Source: Candidatus Omnitrophota bacterium
Lineage (GTDB): Bacteria; Omnitrophota; Gorgyraeia; Gorgyraeales; Gorgyraeaceae
NCBI GenBank assembly: GCA_030649895.1
Contig: JAUSEX010000057.1
Location: 5,880 to 37,879 of the forward strand
Length of the DNA: 32,000 nucleotides
Direction: 5' to 3'
Position 1 is the stretch's first letter. The number at the start of each line of letters is the position of its first letter. This document shows positions 23,896 to 32,000 of this stretch, one piece after another. The notes beneath the pieces were generated by a model. The model saw nothing but the letters and a program-made list of their open reading frames with translations, was not told the origin of the DNA and made no database searches. The translations under genes and the position numbers were made by a program.

Positions 23896-24822
23896 ATGGC
23901 AAAGATTTATAATAATATCATAGAGCTTATCGGCAACACGCCTTTATTGAGATTAAATAAAATAGCGCATGGCGTCGAAGCGGAGGTGGTTGTAAAATTG
24001 GAATCGTTTAATCCCGCCAGTAGCGTAAAAGACAGGATCGGCTTTGCCATGATAAAAGATGCCGAGGAAAAAGGTATTCTGAAAAAAGGCGGGGTTATAA
24101 TCGAACCAACAAGCGGGAATACGGGCATAGCCCTTGCTTTTATAGCAGCTGCAAGAGGATACAAACTTATAATTACAATGCCTGAGACTATGAGCCTCGA
24201 GAGGAGAAGCATCCTTAAGTTATTCGGCGTTGAGATAGTGCTTACCCCGGGAGAAAAAGGCATGAAAGGCGCTATTGAAAAAGCGGAAGAGCTTTTAAAA
24301 AATACAAAAGGGGCATTTATGCCTCAACAGTTTAAAAATCCCGCAAATCCTAAAATACACGTGGAAACTACTGCGGAGGAAATATGGAAGGATACGGATG
24401 GTAAAGCGGATATGCTTGTATCAGGCGTCGGCACAGGCGGTACGCTAACAGGCGTAGGAGGGGTTTTTAAAAAAAGAAAACCCGATTTTAAAGTGATAGC
24501 TGTCGAACCTTTTGATTCGCCTGTTCTTTCCGGAGGCAAGCCCGGGCCTCATAAGATCCAGGGGATAGGCGCAGGCTTTGTGCCTGATGTATTGGACAGG
24601 ACTTTGATAGATGAGATTATTAAAGTTAAAAATGATGACGCCATTGAAATGGCAAGGCGCCTGGCAAAAGAAGAAGGCGTTCTGGCGGGCATTTCCTCGG
24701 GAGCGAATGTGTTCGCAGCTTTAGAAATTGCAAAAAGGCAGGAGAATAAGAATAAAACAATAGTTACTATCATCTGTGATACCGGCGAAAGATATCTCAG
24801 CACTGATATGTACAAATTTTAA
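23896..24822 (+). CDS. cysK: Cysteine synthase A (O-acetylserine sulfhydrylase)
   Basis: 308 aa. [68 protein letters not shown], and ISSGAN. Confidence 0.93.
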   Translation: MAKIYNNIIELIGNTPLLRLNKIAHGVEAEVVVKLESFNPASSVKDRIGFAMIKDAEEKGILKKGGVIIEPTSGNTGIALAFIAAARGYKLIITMPETMSLERRSILKLFGVEIVLTPGEKGMKGAIEKAEELLKNTKGAFMPQQFKNPANPKIHVETTAEEIWKDTDGKADMLVSGVGTGGTLTGVGGVFKKRKPDFKVIAVEPFDSPVLSGGKPGPHKIQGIGAGFVPDVLDRTLIDEIIKVKNDDAIEMARRLAKEEGVLAGISSGANVFAALEIAKRQENKNKTIVTIICDTGERYLSTDMYKF

Positions 24823-24837
24823 AGGAGGATCCTGTAT

Positions 24838-26043
24838 ATGGCGAAAACAATCAAAGAGATCAATGAAAAGATTAAAAAAGGGAAAGCTGTGGTTGTAACC
24901 GCGGAAGAGATAATAGGCCTTGTTGAAAAAAATGGAGTCAAGAAGACCGCTGAAGAAGTTGACGTTGTAACTACCGGGACATTCGGCCCAATGTGTTCTT
25001 CCGGAGCTTATTTCAATGTCGGACATTCAAAACCAAGGATCAAGCTGGGCGGAGGCCATGTTACAGTAAACGACGTTCCCGTGTACGCAGGTTTCGCAGC
25101 CGTTGATTTATATTTAGGCGCGACTGCTATTCCGGACGATGACCCCAGGAATAAGGTGTACCCTGGGGAATTTAAATACGGCGGAGCTCATGTAATACAA
25201 GAATTAGTAGCCGGGAAAGATGTTGCGCTTAGGGCGACGGCTTACGGAACAGACTGTTACCCGCGTAAAAAATTGGAAACCTTAATCAATATTAAGGATC
25301 TCAACGAGGCGGTGCTTTTTAATATGAGAAACGTTTATCAAAATTATAACTGCGCCGTGAACCTTTCCGATAGAATGATTTATACTTATATGGGGGGCTT
25401 GAAGCCGAATCTTGGCAATGCGTATTATTGTTCAGCGGGTCAGATGTCTCCTTTGTTAAACGACCCGCATTATAGGACAATAGGTATTGGGACAAAGATA
25501 TTTCTTGGCGGAGGAATAGGTTATGTAGCGTGGCAGGGCACTCAGCATTCCCCTACTGTAAAACGTAAAGATACTGGAATTCCTCAGGCTCCAGCAGGTA
25601 CGCTGGCTGTAATAGGCGACCTGAAACAGATGAAGCCGGAATATCTTGCAGGCACTACGTTTCAGGGTTATGGCGTGACTCTTACCGTGGGCATAGGCGT
25701 TCCTATTCCTGTATTAAACGAGGAAATCTGCAAATTTGCAGCTGTTAAAGACGAGGATATATGGACGCAGATAGTGGATTACAGCGAAGCGTATCCGAAT
25801 TGTATCCCGGGAAGCCTTGGGGAGGTAAACTACGCGCAGCTAAAAAGCGGGAAAATATCTGTAAAAGGTAAAGAGGTGCCTGTAGGAGCGCTTTCCAGCT
25901 ATTCAAAAGCAATAGAGATAGCCGAGGAGTTAAAGACCTGGATTAAAAAAGGAGATTTTCTTCTTACAGAGCCTGTGGCGGCTATACCTGGCGCGGAATC
26001 AGGAATTACTTTTAAGGCCTTGAAGGAGAGGCCGATAGAATAG
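24838..26043 (+). CDS. COG1900/DUF39 homocysteine-biosynthesis protein (aspartate-semialdehyde sulfurtransferase family, MA1821-like)
   Basis: 401 aa. KAVVVTAEE, VDVVTTGTFGPMCSSGAYFN, INGVP-like NDVPVYAGFAAVDLYLGA, and YGVTLTVGIGVPIPVL match my recollection of DUF39 proteins. Confidence 0.75.
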   Translation: MAKTIKEINEKIKKGKAVVVTAEEIIGLVEKNGVKKTAEEVDVVTTGTFGPMCSSGAYFNVGHSKPRIKLGGGHVTVNDVPVYAGFAAVDLYLGATAIPDDDPRNKVYPGEFKYGGAHVIQELVAGKDVALRATAYGTDCYPRKKLETLINIKDLNEAVLFNMRNVYQNYNCAVNLSDRMIYTYMGGLKPNLGNAYYCSAGQMSPLLNDPHYRTIGIGTKIFLGGGIGYVAWQGTQHSPTVKRKDTGIPQAPAGTLAVIGDLKQMKPEYLAGTTFQGYGVTLTVGIGVPIPVLNEEICKFAAVKDEDIWTQIVDYSEAYPNCIPGSLGEVNYAQLKSGKISVKGKEVPVGALSSYSKAIEIAEELKTWIKKGDFLLTEPVAAIPGAESGITFKALKERPIE

Positions 26044-26050
26044 AGGTACA

Positions 26051-26083
26051 AAAGTTACAAAATTATACGCATTTTGTAACTTT
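26051..26083. repeat. 13-bp perfect AT-rich hairpin after the COG1900 gene (terminator-like, no U-run)
   Basis: AAAGTTACAAAAT (26051-26063), tatacgc, ATTTTGTAACTTT (26071-26083). Confidence 0.6.
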
Positions 26084-26131
26084 AAGCCCAATATTATCGG
26101 TTTTCCGGTTATTGGAAAAAAAGAGGATATC

Positions 26132-26350
26132 ATGAAAGAAAAAGTTGAAAAAGCGTTAGAGAAAATAAGGGTTTTTTTACAACAGGACGGGGGAGATATA
26201 GAGTTTGTCGAAGCAAAAGACGGTGTGGTAAAGGTAAAACTAAAAGGCGCATGTGGTTGCTGCCCCATGTCTCAGATGACGCTGAAAAACGGAGTTGAAA
26301 AGGCTTTAAAGGAAGCAATACCTGAAATAATAAGGGTGGAGGCTGTCTAA
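26132..26350 (+). CDS. NifU C-terminal (Nfu-like) Fe-S scaffold/carrier domain protein
   Basis: 72 aa. VEKALEKIRVFLQQDGGDIEFV..VKVKLKGACGCCPMSQMTLKNGVEKALKE has the Nfu CxxC motif. RBS AAGAGGA. Confidence 0.8.
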   Translation: MKEKVEKALEKIRVFLQQDGGDIEFVEAKDGVVKVKLKGACGCCPMSQMTLKNGVEKALKEAIPEIIRVEAV

Positions 26351-26356
26351 AATAGC

Positions 26357-26385
26357 TTGACTGAACAGAGCTGTTTATAGATAAT
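26357..26385 (+). promoter_or_regulatory. Sigma70-like promoter candidate for carAB
   Basis: TTGACT at 26357-26362, a 17-nt spacer, and GATAAT at 26380-26385 within ATAGATAAT. Confidence 0.5.
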
Positions 26386-26430
26386 ATATAGGGCTTTAGA
26401 ATACAATGCTTGTATTGATATTGAACAAAG

Positions 26431-26463
26431 ACGTTCTGCCTTTACCAGGCAGGACGTTTTTTT
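26431..26463 (+). terminator. Leader terminator/attenuator hairpin between the promoter candidate and carA
   Basis: ACGTTCTGCCT (26431-26441), ttacc, AGGCAGGACGT (26447-26457): 11 bp with one G-U pair, followed by a T7 run. It ends 18 nt before the carA ATG. Confidence 0.6.
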
Positions 26464-26480
26464 ATGCGCGTAGCTAATAT

Positions 26481-27641
26481 ATGAAAGCAATAATAGCGTT
26501 GGAAGACGGGACAATTTTTGAAGGCGTTTCTTTCGGGGCCGCAGGCGAAAGGATAGGAGAGATTGTTTTTAACACCAGCATGACCGGTTATCAGGAGATA
26601 ATTACAGACCCTTCTTACAAAGGCCAGATCGTTACAATGACATATCCTCTCATAGGCAATTATGGCGTAAATAAAGAAGACGTGGAATCTGCAGGGCCGC
26701 AGGTGGAAGGTTTTATTATAAAAGAGAGGAGTAAGATCGCAAGTAATTTTCGTTCTGTAAAAAGCCTGGGTCAATACCTCAAAGAAAATAATATCATAGG
26801 CGTAGAAGGGATCGACACGAGGTCTCTTACGTTGCACATAAGGACAAAGGGAGCGATGAAAGGGATTATTTCGACGATAGACTTGAATCCAAAGAGCCTT
26901 ATTAAAAAGGCGAAAGATTCTCCAGGGCTTATAGGCAGAGATCTGGTTAAAGAGGTCACCTGCGGAAAATCATACAAAGCGGAAACAGTGCTGGCTCCGG
27001 GCTCAAGGCTCAAGGCTCAAGAGAACAAAATACAGCCTTTAGCCTCGAGCCTTCAGCCAAGCGCTCGCTTTAAAGTAGTCGCAATGGACTTTGGCATTAA
27101 ATATAATATTTTGCGTTGTCTTGTGGATGCGGGTTGCGATGTGACAGTCGTGCCTGCAGATACAAAAGCGAACGAGATCTTAGCCAAAGATCCGGACGGT
27201 ATTTTCTTATCAAACGGGCCGGGAGACCCGGCAGCGGTCCTTTACGCTATAGAGGAGATTAAAAAACTTCTTGGTAAAAAGCCGATATTTGGGATATGCC
27301 TTGGCCACCAGCTGTTAGGCCTGGCGTTTGGAGGCAGGACTTTTAAATTAAAGTTCGGACACAGAGGCGCTAACCACCCGGTAAAAGATCTTAAGACCGG
27401 AAAGATAGAGATTACTTCGCAGAATCATGGGTTTTGTGTTGACATGAATTCTTTAAATAAAGACGATATAGAATCGACGCATATAAATTTAAACGATAAT
27501 ACCCTTGAAGGTATGGCGCATAAGAAATTGCCTGTATTTTCCGTGCAGTATCATCCTGAAGCGTCTCCCGGGCCGCATGATTCAAGGTATTTATTCAAAA
27601 GATTTATGGATTTAATGGATAGATATGCCAAAAAGAACTGA
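26481..27641 (+). CDS. carA: Carbamoyl-phosphate synthase small (glutaminase) subunit
   Basis: LEDGTIFEG.., [26 protein letters not shown] (catalytic Cys), and VQYHPEA. Confidence 0.95.
   Translation: MKAIIALEDGTIFEGVSFGAAGERIGEIVFNTSMTGYQEIITDPSYKGQIVTMTYPLIGNYGVNKEDVESAGPQVEGFIIKERSKIASNFRSVKSLGQYLKENNIIGVEGIDTRSLTLHIRTKGAMKGIISTIDLNPKSLIKKAKDSPGLIGRDLVKEVTCGKSYKAETVLAPGSRLKAQENKIQPLASSLQPSARFKVVAMDFGIKYNILRCLVDAGCDVTVVPADTKANEILAKDPDGIFLSNGPGDPAAVLYAIEEIKKLLGKKPIFGICLGHQLLGLAFGGRTFKLKFGHRGANHPVKDLKTGKIEITSQNHGFCVDMNSLNKDDIESTHINLNDNTLEGMAHKKLPVFSVQYHPEASPGPHDSRYLFKRFMDLMDRYAKKN
27000..27058. repeat. Heptamer-repeat hairpin element in frame in the carA interdomain linker
   Basis: (GGCTCAA)x3 at 27000-27020. 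After a 15-16 nt spacer comes an inverted, degenerate triple copy (reverse complement GGCTGAA GGCTCGA GGCTAAA) at 27037-27058. 19/22 positions are complementary. It encodes ..[20 protein letters not shown].. Confidence 0.8.
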
Positions 27642-30600
27642 TATACATAAAATTCTCATAATCGGTTCAGGCCCTATTGTTATAGGCCAAGCATGCGAAT
27701 TTGATTATTCAGGGACTCAAGCGTGTAAGGCGTTAAGAGAAGAAGGCTTCAAGATAATCCTTATAAATTCCAATCCAGCTACTATTATGACCGATCCTGA
27801 AACAGCGGATACAACGTATATCGAACCTATTACCCCTGAAGTAGTTGAAAAGATTATTGCAAAAGAAAAACCAGACGCGCTTCTTCCTACGCTTGGAGGG
27901 CAGACCGCCCTCAATACAGCTATGAAGCTTCAAGAAGCAGGCGTCCTTGATAAATATAACGTCAAGATGATAGGCGCTGACCATAACGCTATAAAAAAAG
28001 CGGAGAACAGAGAGTGTTTTAAAAATGCAATGCTTAAAATAGGCCTGGATCTTCCGAAAAGCGAGATGGCTCATAATATGGAAGACGCTAAGAAGGCCAT
28101 GAAAGAAATAGGGTTGCCGGTAATTATAAGGCCCAGCTTTACTCTTGGCGGCACAGGAGGCGGCATTGTGCACAGTGAAGAGGAGTTTAAAAAGATAGCA
28201 GCTTTGGGCCTTCAAAACAGTATGATAAGCGAAATTCTCATAGAAGAGTCTATTGTGGGCTGGAAGGAATATGAATTAGAGGTCATGAGAGACAAGAAAG
28301 ATAATGTTGTTATAGTCTGTTCTATAGAAAATCTGGATCCCATGGGCATACACACCGGCGATTCAATAACTGTCGCACCTGCCCAGACTCTCACTGATAA
28401 AGAATACCAGATGATGCGTGATGCAAGCATGGCGATTATCAGAGAAATAGGCGTTGAAACAGGCGGATCAAATATACAATTTGCGGTAAATCCAAAAGAC
28501 GGCAGAATGGTTGTCATAGAAATGAATCCCAGGGTATCCAGGAGCTCTGCTCTGGCAAGCAAGGCAACCGGGTTTCCTATCGCAAAGATTGCAGCTAAGC
28601 TCGCTATTGGGTATACGCTTGATGAAATAAGAAATGATATTACGAAAGTTACCCCGGCGTCATTCGAGCCTACCATAGATTACTGCGTGGTAAAGATCCC
28701 GAGGTTTACTTTTGAAAAATTCCCGGAGGCAAAAGATATCCTTGGGATATCAATGAAATCCGTGGGCGAGACAATGGCGATAGGCAGGACTTTCAAAGAG
28801 GCTTTGCAAAAAGGGCTGAGGGGCCTTGAGATAGGGCATATAGGCCTTGACAATAAACAATCCTACAAAAATATTTCTGACGAAAAAATCATCCATAGGC
28901 TGAAAGAGCCCAACGCCTCCAGGATTTTTTATGTTAAATACGCGCTGCAGAAAGGTTATAGCGTGGAAAAAATATACGGGCTTACGGGGATAGACCCGTG
29001 GTTTCTTGAGAATATAAAAGATATTGTGGAGATGGAAAAAAACATTACTCAGGGCTCTAGGCTGAAGGTTCAAGGGGAAAGAAAGACAAAAAAGAAAAGT
29101 TTATCCGCAGAATTGTTGTTAAAAGTTAAACAATACGGGTTTAGCGATGCCCAGATAGCAGAGTTGACAGGATCTAACGAGTTAGCAGTGCGTAATTATC
29201 GGAAGCGTCATTTTATAAAGGCTGTTTACAGGCTGGTTGACACATGCGCGGGAGAATTTGAGGCGCATACCCCTTATTATTATTCCACATACGAAACAAA
29301 AGACGAGGGTAAGCCTTCAAAGAGGAAAAAAATAATGATACTAGGCGGCGGGCCCAACAGGATAGGCCAAGGCATAGAGTTTGATTACTGCTGCTGCCAC
29401 GCGTCGTTCGCACTAAAAGAGCTAGGATATGAAACAATAATGGTTAATTCAAACCCTGAGACAGTTTCAACCGACTATGACACGTCCGATAAATTATATT
29501 TTGAGCCTCTTACGTTTGAAGATGTAATGAATATCATAGATAAGGAAAAGCCCGACGGCGTTATTGTGCAATTCGGCGGCCAGACGCCGCTTAACCTGGC
29601 AAGGAGGCTTGAAAAAGCGGGCGCCCCTATCATAGGCACAAGCGTAAAATCCATAGACATGGCAGAAAACAGAAAAAAGTTTTCCAGGCTTTTGAAAAAA
29701 TTGAAGATCAGCCAGCCCGAAAGCGGCTCCACCACTTCTGTATCCAAGGCTTTAAGTATTGCAAAAAAAATAGGATTTCCCGTGCTTGTCAGGCCTTCTT
29801 ATGTTCTGGGGGGCAGGGCCATGAAAATAGTCTACGACGAGAGCTCAATGCTTGAATTTATAAAAGAGGCGAAGGAGGTTTCTGGGAAACACCCGATCTT
29901 GATAGATAAATTTTTAGAGGACGCCATTGAAGTGGACGTAGACGCTATTTCAGACGGCGATATTACAGTGATAGGCGGGATAATGGAACACATAGAGGAA
30001 GCAGGGGTGCATTCCGGAGATTCAGCGTGCGTCTTGCCTCCGCATACGCTGGGAGATGATATTATAGAAGTAATAAAAAAATATACGTGCGTTATATCAA
30101 AAGGGTTAAAAGTCAAAGGTCTGTTAAATATACAGTTTGCTGTTAAACAGAACACGGTATATGTATTAGAGGTTAACCCAAGGGCGTCAAGGACAGTGCC
30201 TTTTGTGAGCAAGGCGACAGGCGTGTCTCTAGCTAAGATCGCAGCCAAAATTATGGTTGGAAAGACCTTGGAAGAGGCCGGCTTTACCGAAGAAAAGAAA
30301 CCAGCTCATATATCAGTAAAAGAGTCGGTTTTGCCTTTCTCAAGATTTTCAGGAGTTGATATACTTTTAGGCCCTGAGATGAAATCCACCGGAGAGGTTA
30401 TGGGTATTGATGATACTTTTGGGATGGCGTTCTATAAATCTCAGATAGCCGCAGGTCAGGCATTGCCGAAAAGCGGGAAGGTATTTATAAGTGTTAGAAA
30501 TCAGGACAAGCGCAATATAATATTTATTGCTAAAAAACTCGAAGATATGGGTTTTGAAATCATAGCCACAAAAGGCACTCATAAGGCGCTTATTTCAAAT

Positions 30601-30870
30601 AATATTAAAGCAGAAATAGCTGGAAAGATAGGAGAAGGTAACGCAAAAGTCCTAGATTATATCAGAAACGGCTCTATTGCATTAATTATCAATACGCCTT
30701 CAGGCCAGAAAAGCCAGTCTGATTCAAAGCCTATCAGGAGCGCTGCTGTTATGCGCGGCATTCCTTGCATAACCACTATCTCAGGCGCTCAGGCAGCTGT
30801 AAACGGAATCGAAGCAACATTGAAGAATGATTTTCAGGTAAAATCTATTCAGGAATATCTGGCCGAGTAG
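27625..30870 (+). CDS. carB: Carbamoyl-phosphate synthase large subunit
   Basis: 1081 aa. [24 protein letters not shown], duplicated ATP-grasp halves (second half [21 protein letters not shown]), and a C-terminal MGS-like domain. It overlaps carA by 17 nt. Confidence 0.96.
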   Translation: MPKRTDIHKILIIGSGPIVIGQACEFDYSGTQACKALREEGFKIILINSNPATIMTDPETADTTYIEPITPEVVEKIIAKEKPDALLPTLGGQTALNTAMKLQEAGVLDKYNVKMIGADHNAIKKAENRECFKNAMLKIGLDLPKSEMAHNMEDAKKAMKEIGLPVIIRPSFTLGGTGGGIVHSEEEFKKIAALGLQNSMISEILIEESIVGWKEYELEVMRDKKDNVVIVCSIENLDPMGIHTGDSITVAPAQTLTDKEYQMMRDASMAIIREIGVETGGSNIQFAVNPKDGRMVVIEMNPRVSRSSALASKATGFPIAKIAAKLAIGYTLDEIRNDITKVTPASFEPTIDYCVVKIPRFTFEKFPEAKDILGISMKSVGETMAIGRTFKEALQKGLRGLEIGHIGLDNKQSYKNISDEKIIHRLKEPNASRIFYVKYALQKGYSVEKIYGLTGIDPWFLENIKDIVEMEKNITQGSRLKVQGERKTKKKSLSAELLLKVKQYGFSDAQIAELTGSNELAVRNYRKRHFIKAVYRLVDTCAGEFEAHTPYYYSTYETKDEGKPSKRKKIMILGGGPNRIGQGIEFDYCCCHASFALKELGYETIMVNSNPETVSTDYDTSDKLYFEPLTFEDVMNIIDKEKPDGVIVQFGGQTPLNLARRLEKAGAPIIGTSVKSIDMAENRKKFSRLLKKLKISQPESGSTTSVSKALSIAKKIGFPVLVRPSYVLGGRAMKIVYDESSMLEFIKEAKEVSGKHPILIDKFLEDAIEVDVDAISDGDITVIGGIMEHIEEAGVHSGDSACVLPPHTLGDDIIEVIKKYTCVISKGLKVKGLLNIQFAVKQNTVYVLEVNPRASRTVPFVSKATGVSLAKIAAKIMVGKTLEEAGFTEEKKPAHISVKESVLPFSRFSGVDILLGPEMKSTGEVMGIDDTFGMAFYKSQIAAGQALPKSGKVFISVRNQDKRNIIFIAKKLEDMGFEIIATKGTHKALISNNIKAEIAGKIGEGNAKVLDYIRNGSIALIINTPSGQKSQSDSKPIRSAAVMRGIPCITTISGAQAAVNGIEATLKNDFQVKSIQEYLAE
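29053..29073 (+). repeat. Solo degenerate copy of the heptamer-triplet (GGCTCTA GGCTGAA GGTTCAA) in frame in carB
   Basis: 19/22 nt identical to carA 27000-27021 and in the same codon phase, encoding GSRLKVQ versus GSRLKAQ. It lies in the variable linker before ..[18 protein letters not shown]. Confidence 0.65.
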
Positions 30871-30879
30871 ATTTTTCCC

Positions 30880-30908
30880 TTGACCGGGATAGCTAAATAA
30901 TAGATAAT
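30880..30908 (+). promoter_or_regulatory. Sigma70-like promoter candidate for the second carB paralog
   Basis: TTGACC at 30880-30885, a 17-nt spacer, and GATAAT at 30903-30908 within ATAGATAAT, the same -10 context as the carA candidate. Confidence 0.5.
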
Positions 30909-31031
30909 TATATCCGATGTTAGTCAGAAATTGTTTAAATACAGGAAGGCATTTCTAGTCATATAACTGGGAGTGCCTTTTTTGTTTGCATATAAGCGCC
31001 TAAAGATTAGGTAAAATTAAAAGGAGCAATA

Positions 31032-32000
31032 ATGCCGAAGATAAAAGATATAAATAAGGTTTTGATAATAGGCTCCGGCCCGATTATTATAGGCCAGGCT
31101 TGCGAGTTTGATTATTCAGGTACACAGGCTTGTAAGGCTTTAAGAAGCGCCGGGTATAAAATCGTGCTTGTAAATTCCAACCCCGCTACCATTATGACGG
31201 ATCCCGGCATGGCTGACCATACTTACATAGAACCGTTAACGGTAGATTCTCTTACAGCTATAATTGAAAAAGAAAGGCCTGATGCGCTTTTGCCGAATTT
31301 AGGGGGGCAGACAGGCTTAAACATGTCGAGCGAGCTTTCAAAAAAAGGCGTCTTGAAAAAATACGGAGTGAGAATAATAGGGGTGCAGGCGGATGCCATT
31401 GAAAGAGGCGAGGACAGGATAATATTCAAAGAAACAATGAATAAGCTTAAAATTCCTATGCCGGCAAGTTCCCCTGCTTATAATGTAGAAGAGGCGCTTA
31501 AGATCGCGCGTGAACTCGGGTATCCTGTTATTGTAAGGCCTGCGTATACAATGGGCGGCACAGGCGGGGGGGCTGTTTACAATGACCAGGAGCTTGAGAC
31601 CGTAGCTTCGAGAGGCATCTCCGCAAGCCTTATAGGCCAGATATTGATAGAAGAATCTGTTATCGGATGGGAAGAATTAGAGCTCGAAGTGGTAAGGGAT
31701 TCAAAATCAAATAAGATCACAGTTTGTTTTATTGAAAATATAGACCCGATGGGCGTTCATACCGGAGATTCTTTCTGCGCTGCGCCCATGCTGACAGTAA
31801 AACCAGAGCTTCAGAAAAAACTTCAGGACTATTCTTATCAAATAGTAGACGCTATAGGCGTTATAGGGGGCACGAATATCCAGTTTGCGCATAATCCTGA
31901 CGATGACAGGGTTGTTGTAATAGAGATTAATCCGAGGACATCGCGCTCATCCGCTCTCGCATCAAAGGCAACAGGCTTCCCCATAGCTTACGTCTCTTCA
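31032..32000 (+). CDS. Second carbamoyl-phosphate synthase large-subunit paralog, 5' part (continues beyond the window)
   Basis: AAGGAG lies 6 nt before ATG 31032. I translated the frame by hand to nt 32000 with no stop: [94 protein letters not shown]. It is absent from the ORF track, probably because no stop occurs before the window ends. Confidence 0.88.
   Translation, partial: MPKIKDINKVLIIGSGPIIIGQACEFDYSGTQACKALRSAGYKIVLVNSNPATIMTDPGMADHTYIEPLTVDSLTAIIEKERPDALLPNLGGQTGLNMSSELSKKGVLKKYGVRIIGVQADAIERGEDRIIFKETMNKLKIPMPASSPAYNVEEALKIARELGYPVIVRPAYTMGGTGGGAVYNDQELETVASRGISASLIGQILIEESVIGWEELELEVVRDSKSNKITVCFIENIDPMGVHTGDSFCAAPMLTVKPELQKKLQDYSYQIVDAIGVIGGTNIQFAHNPDDDRVVVIEINPRTSRSSALASKATGFPIAYVSS

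Overview
AT-rich bacterial chromosomal segment, almost entirely coded on the + strand and tightly packed. No rRNA, CRISPR array, transposase, integrase or recognisable defence gene was seen. Radical-SAM ThiH, COG1900/DUF39, a small siroheme sulfite reductase and a split transketolase suggest an anaerobe. Left end: the 3' end of a split-type transketolase, ispE, a SpoVG with a zinc-ribbon insertion, and tRNA-Gln(UUG). These are followed by a ~1.4 kb decayed islet (one hypothetical ORF plus a nonsense-mutated, truncated DUF1016/YhcG pseudogene) bracketed by a diverged direct repeat, and then a 666-aa HD + DUF218 fusion protein. Centre (5.8-18.0 kb): a 15-gene co-directional string. It comprises Fe-S type APS reductase cysH, a PiT-type sulfate permease, a JAMM protease, hemA-hemC-cobA/hemD-hemB-hemL, a ThiS~CysK fusion, a small sulfite reductase with ferredoxin insert, TusA, a ThrC-like PLP enzyme, a MoaD/CysO-like carrier ending GG-S, a MoeB/ThiF E1 and a NIL-domain protein. 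A TPP riboswitch and thiE-thiG-thiH follow. Right: a PAS histidine kinase with C-terminal PilZ plus a CheY-like receiver, Rrf2 regulator-cysK-COG1900(DUF39)-Nfu, carA-carB, and the start of a second, separately promoted carB paralog. Most notable observations: (1) the sulfur-assimilation string built around ubiquitin-like sulfur carriers, including a ThiS domain fused in frame to a cysteine synthase while thiS is missing from the thi operon. (2) Palindromic or heptamer-repeat DNA sitting in frame inside cobA/hemD, carA and carB. (3) tRNA-Gln enclosed by nested long-range helices, with a trailer module duplicated 1.4 kb away and carrying compensatory stem substitutions. All calls come from reading the sequence and ORF translations by eye; no searches were run.
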